Source: an uncultured delta proteobacterium (GTDB lineage Bacteria > Desulfobacterota > RBG-13-43-22). Taken from it: 64,000 nt of DNA. Location: positions 1,568,001 through 1,632,000 of the forward strand of contig CAWBOS010000010.1 of NCBI GenBank assembly GCA_963790475.1. The letters run 5' to 3'. A model generated the notes under the pieces. It saw only the letters and a list, made by a program, of their open reading frames with translations. It had not been told where the DNA came from and made no database searches. A program made the translations under genes and the position numbers. This document shows positions 20,177 through 27,944 of the stretch, piece by piece. Position 1 is the stretch's first letter, and each line of letters opens with the position of its first letter.

Positions 20177-20206
20177 TTGACACTGTACAAATGAACAGTA
20201 TATCAT
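20177..20206 (+). promoter_or_regulatory. promoter with SOS box CTGT-N8-ACAG
   Basis: TTGACA 20177-82, CTGTACAAATGAACAG 20183-98, TATCAT 20201-06. Confidence 0.8.
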
Positions 20207-20212
20207 AAAACC

Positions 20213-20821
20213 ATGAATCCTCTTACAACCCGACAGAATGAGATCTTGACCTTAATCCGGGATTACCAGACCAAACATGGTTACCCTCCTTCTCTGCGGG
20301 AGTTGGCCAGCCACTTTAAGGTCTACCCGAATTCCATCCAAGACCACCTGAAGGCCCTGATCAAGAAAGGATATTTAAAACGCGAGCCCAACCGCTCTCG
20401 TGGGGTGAGTTTGACCCGATCTTCCGGCCAACTCCGGACCATCCCACTTTATGGGGCCATCTCAGCCGGAGGGCCGCTTTTGATCGAAGAGGAGGTGGAG
20501 GACTATGTCACCCTTCCCGAGAGATGGACCAAGGGAGAGGAGGTCTTCCTTCTCCGGGTTCGGGGGGTGAGCATGAGCCCCTTTATCCTTCCTGGAGACC
20601 AGGTAATCGTCCGCCGCCAGCAAAGGATTCCTGAAGGGGCGGTTGGGGTTTTTCGCTTGGATAATGAGGTTACCCTCAAACGTTACTACCCGCAAAAAGG
20701 TCAAGTAATGTTGAAGGGAGATAATCCGGAAATCAAGCCCCTGATCATAAAGAGGGAGGACCTACACACTTTTTCGATCCTGGGGAAAGTCATCGGGGTC
20801 TATCGCTCTTTAACCGCCTGA
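20213..20821 (+). CDS. lexA: LexA repressor
   Basis: LT.RQ.EIL, GYPPS.REL, HLKAL.KKG, Ala-Gly site ISAG.P, GxSM Ser, TLKR Lys. Confidence 0.93.
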   Translation: MNPLTTRQNEILTLIRDYQTKHGYPPSLRELASHFKVYPNSIQDHLKALIKKGYLKREPNRSRGVSLTRSSGQLRTIPLYGAISAGGPLLIEEEVEDYVTLPERWTKGEEVFLLRVRGVSMSPFILPGDQVIVRRQQRIPEGAVGVFRLDNEVTLKRYYPQKGQVMLKGDNPEIKPLIIKREDLHTFSILGKVIGVYRSLTA

Positions 20822-20837
20822 TCAAATAAGTATTACA

Positions 20838-21977
20838 ATGACTGCTCGCGGCTGGCTTATTGATCTATATGTCCGGGATGATATCATAATCCTCTGGTTC
20901 CAGCTCGAATCGGGAACCCTCCTTTGCCTGACCGATGCCTTCTCGTACTGCTTTTATGCAGAGGGGAGTCCAAGAAATATCCTGGCCCTTGAAAAAGACC
21001 TCTCGTACCTTATCCGCCGGACCGGCTGGACCAAACGGAGAGACTTTTGGACCGGGAAGCTGATCCAGGTCAGGGAACTGGAAGCCTTCTCGTTTAAGAA
21101 GCTATTTGACATCCAAAAGGTTCTCTCGCGAGCCACTGAAGGACTTAGCTTCTATAATATTGACCTGGCTGTGCCCCAGTATTATGCCTATCTAAAAGGC
21201 CTATTCCCCCTATGTAATTGTCAACTCAACTGGGAAGAGAAAAGGCTTCTCGGCTTTGAACTCCTGGACTCTCCCTGGGACCCGGATGCCGAGCTTCCCC
21301 CTTTCAAGACCATAGAACTTAGCCTCACCCAGGACCCCCAAATTCCGCTTGAGAGGGGCAACAGCCTGGAACTAATCCATGAGGGTAGGTCCTATGAACT
21401 TGGTGGATCGAACAAGGTTGAGCTTTTAGAAAAGTTGAACGGCTATCTGAAGGAGTCCGATCCCGATCTGATCGTCTCAAGAAAGGGAGATGACAGGATC
21501 CTGCCTATACTCTGGAACTGGGCTCAGAGGGAAAAGATACCCCTGGTCTTGGACCGGGACCCCCATCCCCCTTTGAGACAAAAAGTCGGTCAGTGGAGAT
21601 CTTATTTCAGCTATGGTCAGATTATTTATCAGAGTTCAACCTTCCCCCTTTACGGCCGGTTCCATATCGATCAAAGCAACTCCTTCTTTTACCGTGAAGC
21701 CGGGTTGCAGGGGCTCCTTTTTATCTCCCGGCTGACAAAGATCCCTGTCCAAACCCTGGCCAGGTCCTCTCCAGGGACCGCTATAACATCCATGCAGCTT
21801 GACCGGGCTATCAGCAAGGGAATCCTCATCCCCTGGAAGAAGGGAAGACCCGAAGACTTTAAAACCGCCTGGGACCTCTTGGTGGCTGATAAAGGGGGCC
21901 TGGTCTTTCAACCACCCATAGGGCTCAGGGAAAATGTCGCTGAAATTGATTTTGCATCGATGTATCCGAACATCATG
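20838..21977 (+). pseudogene. family B DNA polymerase (PolB2-like), truncated after motif A
   Basis: GWLIDLY start, SYFSYGQI, GRFHID..NSF, SPGTAITSMQ, DKGGLVFQP..G..ENVAEIDFASMYPNIM then abrupt break. Confidence 0.85.
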
Positions 21978-22261
21978 CCAAGGAGATCTACGGTGACCTG
22001 GAACGCCTCAAAGCCGATGGCTTGGTGACTGTGGCCAACGACACCGACGAAGGGAAAACCCGTATCAGCTTGGTCGATCCCGCAAGTACCGATGATGCTC
22101 TGGCCGATCTTCCCGACGATTTCAAGGAGGACGTCGCCGCGATCCTTGATGCCTACGGCAATCTTGACAACAACGCTCTGCTTAAAACTGTCTATGAAAA
22201 GTATCCCGCCTATGCAAAGAAAAGTAGAATCTGGAAGGGATCCATAAAGAATAAATTTTAA
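21977..22261 (+). pseudogene. C-terminal fragment of Panacea/SocA-like antitoxin-type protein
   Basis: AKEIYGDLERL...GL and LLKTVYEKYPAYA; no start of its own. Confidence 0.45.
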
Positions 22262-22291
22262 AGTAGACCTTAATCGGAGTCAAAGATAAAA

Positions 22292-22462
22292 ATGATTATA
22301 GATACTCAAGTCATGAGAGAATTATCATCGATCATTCATGAAATATTGCTTCCCCTTCAAGCCCTCGCCAGTGATGCAGACAATTTGCTCCACGAAACGC
22401 AAGAGAGAAATCCCGACATGGAATTCATTCGGTCAGCCTCGAGAAGCATCTTATCCCAAATA
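22292..22462 (+). pseudogene. possible histidine kinase H-box fragment
   Basis: IIHEILLPLQAL..DADNL helix, truncated head-on against the endolysin. Confidence 0.3.
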
Positions 22463-22797
22463 GGCTTTCCGTCCCTGGTGACCGCAAAGTCGAAGGCTCG
22501 GGCTTTGTCGTTATCCGGATCATGGTCCTCGATGTCAACGATATGCAGCGACTTCAAAGTCCAGGTGATTATTCTGTTTTCGGGATCGTGGATAGGAGGA
22601 AGCCCAACCAGCCAGCGATAATGGTTGACGATATAAAGGCTGTCCCGGCCCTGGGAGTACAGGGCAACCTGCTCCTTATAGGAACAGGCCACCCTGGTCA
22701 GACAATACCGTAAACCCGCCTCCTGCATCCGCCGATCCCACACTAAATATCTATCGTATAGCCTGGGAGCCATGTCCTTTGGATTTCGGGTACTCAT
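22357..22797 (-). pseudogene. phage M15-family (L-Ala-D-Glu peptidase-like) endolysin, C-terminally truncated
   Basis: S..EQ.ALY.QGR, IT.T..S.H, AFDFAV..DGKPIWD; lacks the WGG.W..D..H end. Confidence 0.7.
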
Positions 22798-23006
22798 TTG
22801 GGACCTACCAGTTGGATGATTTTAATCATAACATCCCCTCCAACAAGAAAAGCCGAAAGGACCTGAATCAGCAGGAGCCAAAATATTTTATCCATGAGTT
22901 TGTCAATTTTCGAGAACAAGACCTCGATGTTTCCCGTTAACCCATCGTGTAGCGGGCAGGTCACGTCTTTTGGTTGCGGCATTAGGGATGTCCCCTTTCC
23001 GGTCAT
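22794..23006 (-). CDS. small phage membrane protein (holin/XhlA-like)
   Basis: Coiled segment plus C-terminal TM; ATGA overlap with endolysin. Confidence 0.55.
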   Translation of the reverse strand: MTGKGTSLMPQPKDVTCPLHDGLTGNIEVLFSKIDKLMDKIFWLLLIQVLSAFLVGGDVMIKIIQLVGPK

Positions 23007-23131
23007 TTAAATACAATCGTTAATCCTGGTTGTGAGATCCACCAGGCGGTCCCCAGAGAGGCGGAGACCGCCAGGATAGCAATTATGATCAGCCGGATAT
23101 TTTGACCAATCTTTTTCAGTGCCCGTCTCAA
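23003..23131 (-). CDS. 42-aa single-TM phage protein (not in ORF track)
   Basis: TTG start, RRALKKIGQNIRLIIIAILAVSASLGTAWWISQ...; stop overlaps next ATG. Confidence 0.45.
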   Translation of the reverse strand: MRRALKKIGQNIRLIIIAILAVSASLGTAWWISQPGLTIVFK

Positions 23132-23140
23132 GTGGCAACC

Positions 23141-23383
23141 CTACTTAAAGACGGACGATGAATTGGCGCCAGAACTGGAACCGGAGTTTCCCCCCTTGGT
23201 AGCGGCGCTTGATGTGGGCACACAAACCAGTTTTCCTTCGGCATCCGGAGTGCAAACCATTCCAGAAGCAGCGGTCGCGTCGCCCCCGGAAGCCGTGCCC
23301 TGACCGCTGGCATTGACGCTACAGGCCTGTTGACAGGCCGCCATTAGACACAAAAGCACGAGTAAAAAGAGTTTTTTTAACAT
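23141..23383 (-). CDS. small lipoprotein
   Basis: Lipobox-like LMAAC; AAAGGA RBS; low-complexity tail. Confidence 0.65.
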   Translation of the reverse strand: MLKKLFLLVLLCLMAACQQACSVNASGQGTASGGDATAASGMVCTPDAEGKLVCVPTSSAATKGGNSGSSSGANSSSVFK

Positions 23384-23399
23384 AGTTCTAATTCCTTTC

Positions 23400-23957
23400 T
23401 TAAATGAGTTTTAAAGATTCATTGAATACCCCCAAAAGGGGGACCATATCCGGCCTGGGGGCCTTCTCTCCGATCACGATGTGGCCACCATCCCGATAAC
23501 AGAGAAAGATGGATTCCGTGCAAAACAGGGCCCTCATGTCTGCCGAGACCAGCCCAATGGCATTTTTAAGCAGGCCAAGAAAATCATAGTGCCTTCCGGC
23601 CAGAGTCATGGCATAACAACCGATATCCAGCCTGGCGTAATCGTATTGGCCTCGTAACGGATACCAGTAGACTTGCCCGTCATAGGTGGCCAGATAATCT
23701 GAGAGCAATACTGGAAAAACCCCAGCCGATCGCGCGTCCAGTACCCAGCGGCGGTCTGTCTTACCCTCGTACTCCGGGAAACGCAGGACCATGTTGCCAT
23801 GGCTAAAAATGATTCGATCTCTTTGGGCAGACCGCAACAGGACGTATTTAGTCCATTCCTGTATGGTCCAACCAATGCAGGATTTGCCTATATATAAGAG
23901 GGAATCCCCGGTCTGCATCTGAGGTGCGCACTGCTGATAAATGGCTAAATTATTCAT
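23400..23957 (-). CDS. permuted papain-like (YaeF/YiiX) amidase-type phage protein
   Basis: QTGD.LL, FSH, G..YDF.GL, FCTES (His before Cys). Confidence 0.7.
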   Translation of the reverse strand: MNNLAIYQQCAPQMQTGDSLLYIGKSCIGWTIQEWTKYVLLRSAQRDRIIFSHGNMVLRFPEYEGKTDRRWVLDARSAGVFPVLLSDYLATYDGQVYWYPLRGQYDYARLDIGCYAMTLAGRHYDFLGLLKNAIGLVSADMRALFCTESIFLCYRDGGHIVIGEKAPRPDMVPLLGVFNESLKLI

Positions 23958-23986
23958 AGCTACCTTCTTTGGGTTGGCTTAAAATA

Positions 23987-24030
23987 AAAAAGGCGATAAT
24001 GGAGCACGCGAGCCTCCATTATCGCCTTTT
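23987..24030. terminator. bidirectional intrinsic terminator
   Basis: AAAAGGCGATAATGGAG-loop-CTCCATTATCGCCTTTT. Confidence 0.75.
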
Positions 24031-24075
24031 AGGTTTTCTATATTAAAATCTCAGGAACGGCCAGATTCCCGAAAT

Positions 24076-27000
24076 TTACTGTTTTCTATTTTTGTCCTTA
24101 ATTTGCTCCTTCTTGCTTGGTTTCAGGTTATTTCTGATATAGGTTCTCAGGCTGTCGCCGGTGATCATGGGTTCCACCCCGGCCAGACCATGGGACTTGA
24201 CCCGCTCGTTGTATCGCTTTACCTGGTCGATCATTCCAATCATATTATTTTTATCACGATCCGGTTCCGGTTGCAAATAAAACTTTAAAAACTGGCTTTC
24301 AATACTACTTCTCCGGTCCTTATAATCCCGCCATACTTCTTTTTCGGCCCGCTCAATATCCTTCATGCGCTGGATCCGGGCCGGGTTAAATGACAGAGAT
24401 TTCAGAAACGCATCTACAAAATTTTCTTTAATCTGTTCCCGCCCAAAGAAGACCGGGGCATTGGTCTTGGTCGTCACTCCCTCGGTGGCCTCCCGATATC
24501 CCTGCATAACCGTCCCGGCAACCCGGGGCAATATCTTCTCAGCTCCTTTCCAGGCATTACCTTTGATAATATCGGCCCCTCCCTGATAAACATCAGAAAG
24601 GACCGATCCGGGGGCCCCGAGCAGTTCGATCATATTGGTCGGTATATCGATCTTCCCAGTTCCCAGCGAGGCTCTGAAATCCAAGAGGTGTCCGCCCATC
24701 CCGGCCAGGCCCTGGCGCGGGATCCCGCCCACATAATCGTCCAGGGCCTTTTCCATGGAGGAATAAATTTTTTCTTCCGGGTCGTCTATCCCGAGAAGGT
24801 GCTTTAAAATCCCCATCAAGGCATCCCAGGCCCAGGGAATGGGAAAGGCGCCGGTGCCGGCCAGCAGGGTCGGGGCGGCCAGCATGAAGGTAGCGGCTTG
24901 CCAGTTTTTTTGTTTCCATCCCAGTTCATACATGGTCTGGAGATAGTTGTGTTGAAACTTTTTAAACATATAGAGGGATTTTACCACCATGGCCGCCGGT
25001 CCCTTCCCCTGAGCGATGGCCGGTATCGTGGCCGGACCATAAACACCATGGGCCCGGTCGGAAACCTTCTTGGCCGTTTCCATGGCCTTATTGACGGCGG
25101 CCTGTTCCACCAGGGACAAATCCCCCTGCTTTTGGGTTCCCCCTTCCCTCTCCCTGATGGCCGCAAAGGTACCCATGATGGTCGCCACCCGGTTTAATTG
25201 CTCCGTCACACTAAACATCCACATTGAGGCATCCATGGCCATATTCCAACCCTGGCCCACTTTGGACTTCAAAACGGCCATGGCCTCTTTGTTATATTGG
25301 GACTCGGCCCAACCCTTATGTTGGATGATCTTAAAGGCGGCCCGAGTCTCCGCCGGTAAAGTGGCCCAGGTCTCCGGGTGACGGTATTGTCTCCAAAGAT
25401 CGGCCCCTTTGCCCAGCCATTTAAAAGTGGACGGGAGCGAAATACCGGCATAGCCCTGCATGGCTGCCGGTACTGAGGTAATCAGGGCGGTCATGTTGAC
25501 GATTGGGGCGGCCACCCGGAATCCCAAATATTTAAAATTAGCCAGGCCCTTGGCTACACCCACCACCCGATCGGCCATTTCCGGATTGCGTAAAGCCTCC
25601 TGGATATAAGTCAGGCCGTCATGGTAGGCGTTTTTCTGTTCCGTAGGCGAGACCCGTTGCGAATTTACATACTTCATATAATCCTCGTACTCGGCCTCTT
25701 CGTTTTCCATCTTGAACTCCGCCCAACTTTTTTCAGTTCCATTAAAGGCCCGAATCATCTTTAAAGCAGTCTCTTTCTTGGCCTCACCGGCCGCCAGGCG
25801 GCTGGCATAGGAGGTCATGGCCTTCAAGGGATCCTGCTCGTATCCCTCCCAAACATTGACTCCCACCTCGGGGCTCCTCTGGATCATCGAGGATCGATAA
25901 CCACGGCCCTTTTCGATGTTGGCCACATTGGTGGTCAGGGCCCGGGCGAATTCTTCCTCGACGGCCAGGAGGCGGTTATCGTACCGGGAAAGGGCCCGCC
26001 TTAATTTATTTTCCAGGCGCTTATCCTTCCCGACAAAATGCCAGTATTTGGGCTCACCCTTCTCTGCCGAATACCACTTCCCGCCCAGGGCCTTAATGAT
26101 CGGCATGACCTTGGCCAACTGCTCTTGCGGCACCTTCTTGGTGTCAACGATAAAATCGGTTTTATCATCCGCCGATGTTCCCCACATGGCCTTGATGCCC
26201 ATATCGGAAAACTGGAAATTACTCTTGTTACCCACTTCCTGCAGGGACCGATTCAGGGCCTCGTTGATCATTTGTTCCGTGCCCAAAACTTTGCCGTAAA
26301 TGGCGAACAGATCCTCGGGTATGGACTTTGATTTAAAATATTCAACCCGGAAGCCCCGTTTTCGCAACTCGGCTACCCGATGCTCCACAAAAAAATCCTT
26401 AAACTCCAGCCGGTCATGTATTCCCTTGGCTTTCATTGCATCCGTGGCCCTGGCTATGATCTGGTATTGCCCGGATTCCCGCAGCCGGGGCCAGTACCAG
26501 CCCCGCATTTCGCCCATGAGGGCAATGGCGGCCTTGACCGATACCTCTTTAGGGTGTCCCTTTTCATCGAGAATTACAATGGTAGGAGCCGGGAGACCGG
26601 CTTCCGCATTTCTTCGGACCATCTCCTGGTAGGAGGCGATTTGCCGATCAAAACCGTTATCCATGATCGCCCGGGCATCGGCCCAGGCAGCTACGGCCTG
26701 ATCGGAAAACCCCATCTTCTTAATCAGGTCGGCATTATAGACCCGTTTATTTTGATCGGCCTTGACCAGTAATTTCCCCAGGCGCTTATATTCCTCCGGC
26801 CTTTCCTTTTGCAGAGCCCGCATTCCCTCATGGAGGTCCCGCCCATTCGGATCACTGATCAGGTCGTTGAATTTCCCTACCCGCAGATCGGCCCGATCCA
26901 GGTTATAGGTCACGACCTTTTTAAGGGCTGGGACTTTCTCAAAGGTGAATTCCGGGGATCCGAAGAATCGTCCCATAAGAGAAGTATCCGGCCGCCCGGG

Positions 27001-27246
27001 TTTTTGGGTCTTGCCCCAATTCTTGGCCATGTCCTTAATGGTGGCCATGGAATCGGAAAAAGAGGTTTTGTCAAAATCAGCAAGCTCGGTGTCAACCTTG
27101 GCTTGGTCGAGATCGGTGCGGGATTTGAGGGCCAAAAGGGGATCCTGCTGTTCCGCCACCCGGAAGGTTTGGGCATCGCCCGATCTAAACAAAGAAGCGC
27201 TGTTAGCGTAGAATAGCGAGGCTCCCGGAAACCTTCCGAATGTCAA
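24076..27246 (-). CDS. phage large polyvalent / internal virion protein (PLxRFG-like), probably N-terminally truncated
   Basis: GWYWPRLRESGQY, YLG...A..VNMT, EQLNR.AT, L.G..G.P, G...K..E..LP, YR.ATEG.TT; weak start beside AT-rich junction. Confidence 0.65.
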   Translation of the reverse strand: MTFGRFPGASLFYANSASLFRSGDAQTFRVAEQQDPLLALKSRTDLDQAKVDTELADFDKTSFSDSMATIKDMAKNWGKTQKPGRPDTSLMGRFFGSPEFTFEKVPALKKVVTYNLDRADLRVGKFNDLISDPNGRDLHEGMRALQKERPEEYKRLGKLLVKADQNKRVYNADLIKKMGFSDQAVAAWADARAIMDNGFDRQIASYQEMVRRNAEAGLPAPTIVILDEKGHPKEVSVKAAIALMGEMRGWYWPRLRESGQYQIIARATDAMKAKGIHDRLEFKDFFVEHRVAELRKRGFRVEYFKSKSIPEDLFAIYGKVLGTEQMINEALNRSLQEVGNKSNFQFSDMGIKAMWGTSADDKTDFIVDTKKVPQEQLAKVMPIIKALGGKWYSAEKGEPKYWHFVGKDKRLENKLRRALSRYDNRLLAVEEEFARALTTNVANIEKGRGYRSSMIQRSPEVGVNVWEGYEQDPLKAMTSYASRLAAGEAKKETALKMIRAFNGTEKSWAEFKMENEEAEYEDYMKYVNSQRVSPTEQKNAYHDGLTYIQEALRNPEMADRVVGVAKGLANFKYLGFRVAAPIVNMTALITSVPAAMQGYAGISLPSTFKWLGKGADLWRQYRHPETWATLPAETRAAFKIIQHKGWAESQYNKEAMAVLKSKVGQGWNMAMDASMWMFSVTEQLNRVATIMGTFAAIREREGGTQKQGDLSLVEQAAVNKAMETAKKVSDRAHGVYGPATIPAIAQGKGPAAMVVKSLYMFKKFQHNYLQTMYELGWKQKNWQAATFMLAAPTLLAGTGAFPIPWAWDALMGILKHLLGIDDPEEKIYSSMEKALDDYVGGIPRQGLAGMGGHLLDFRASLGTGKIDIPTNMIELLGAPGSVLSDVYQGGADIIKGNAWKGAEKILPRVAGTVMQGYREATEGVTTKTNAPVFFGREQIKENFVDAFLKSLSFNPARIQRMKDIERAEKEVWRDYKDRRSSIESQFLKFYLQPEPDRDKNNMIGMIDQVKRYNERVKSHGLAGVEPMITGDSLRTYIRNNLKPSKKEQIKDKNRKQ

Positions 27247-27437
27247 TGGCTTTGTGGTCCTTCCCCTCTAAATTTTGAAATGATGTTCTCTCCGTTTTTT
27301 TGTGCAGTAATTGTGTTCCAGACAAAAGAAGAACCCGGAAAAGATAACCTAATACAGATCTCTTCTCCGGGTTCTTTTTTAGAAAAAAACATAAAGTTAT
27401 CTACAAAAAAGGAAAATATCTTTCCCTTAGAGAAATA

Positions 27438-27483
27438 ACTGGCAGTCAAGAGGTCGACGGTTCGATCCCGTTCAGCTCCACCA
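27438..27483 (+). other. attR: duplicated 3' half of tRNA-Ala(GGC)
   Basis: ACT-GGC-AGTCAAGAGGTCGACGGTTCGATCCCGTTCAGCTCCACCA; anticodon loop, T arm and CCA present, D arm and 5' acceptor strand absent. Confidence 0.88.
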
Positions 27484-27492
27484 AAGATATTT

Positions 27493-27536
27493 AAGGAGTT
27501 AGTCCCGCCATTCAAGGCGGGATTAACTCCTTTTTT
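27493..27536. terminator. intrinsic terminator
   Basis: AAGGAGTTAGTCCCGCC-ATTCAA-GGCGGGATTAACTCCTT-TTTT. Confidence 0.85.
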
Positions 27537-27915
27537 ATTGGACTGCTAGTGATCGCGCACTTGACTTAACAAACTCGGCGATCTCATCTGCTTTTAATGA
27601 TTCCTTGACCAAAAAGCAATCAGCCCCATATTGAAGGGCCGCTTGTCTGTATTCAGGCAAATCGTAACCGGTCAGGATGGCTATCTGAATGTTTGGAAAG
27701 TCCCTCTTTATCATTTGAGTCGATTGAAGGCCATTGATTCCGGGCAAACGGATATCCATAAAAATGAGATGGGGCGGACTTTCTTTGACTTTCTGTAAAG
27801 CCTCTTCGCCGGTTGCGGCCTCTTCAATGACTATCGAAGGGAAATTCTCAAAGAGATTCCGCTTAATGGCTTCCCGAAAGAGAGGATTGTCTTCAACCGG
27901 CAATACGTTCAGCAT
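27535..27915 (-). CDS. single-domain response regulator
   Basis: VEDN, MDIRLPGING, LTGYD, FLVK. Confidence 0.9.
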   Translation of the reverse strand: MLNVLPVEDNPLFREAIKRNLFENFPSIVIEEAATGEEALQKVKESPPHLIFMDIRLPGINGLQSTQMIKRDFPNIQIAILTGYDLPEYRQAALQYGADCFLVKESLKADEIAEFVKSSARSLAVQ

Positions 27916-27944
27916 AGATATTTCTCCCTTCTAGCCTTAGTGTC

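Larger units (their letters stand above)
22357..27483 (-). mobile_element. prophage remnant at the island end
   Basis: Virion protein, amidase, lipoprotein, holin-like and endolysin genes co-oriented next to the att site. Confidence 0.7.

Noticed and set aside
27410-27483. Complete tRNA-Ala gene
   Set aside because: The 5' acceptor strand and D arm are missing, so it is an att fragment.
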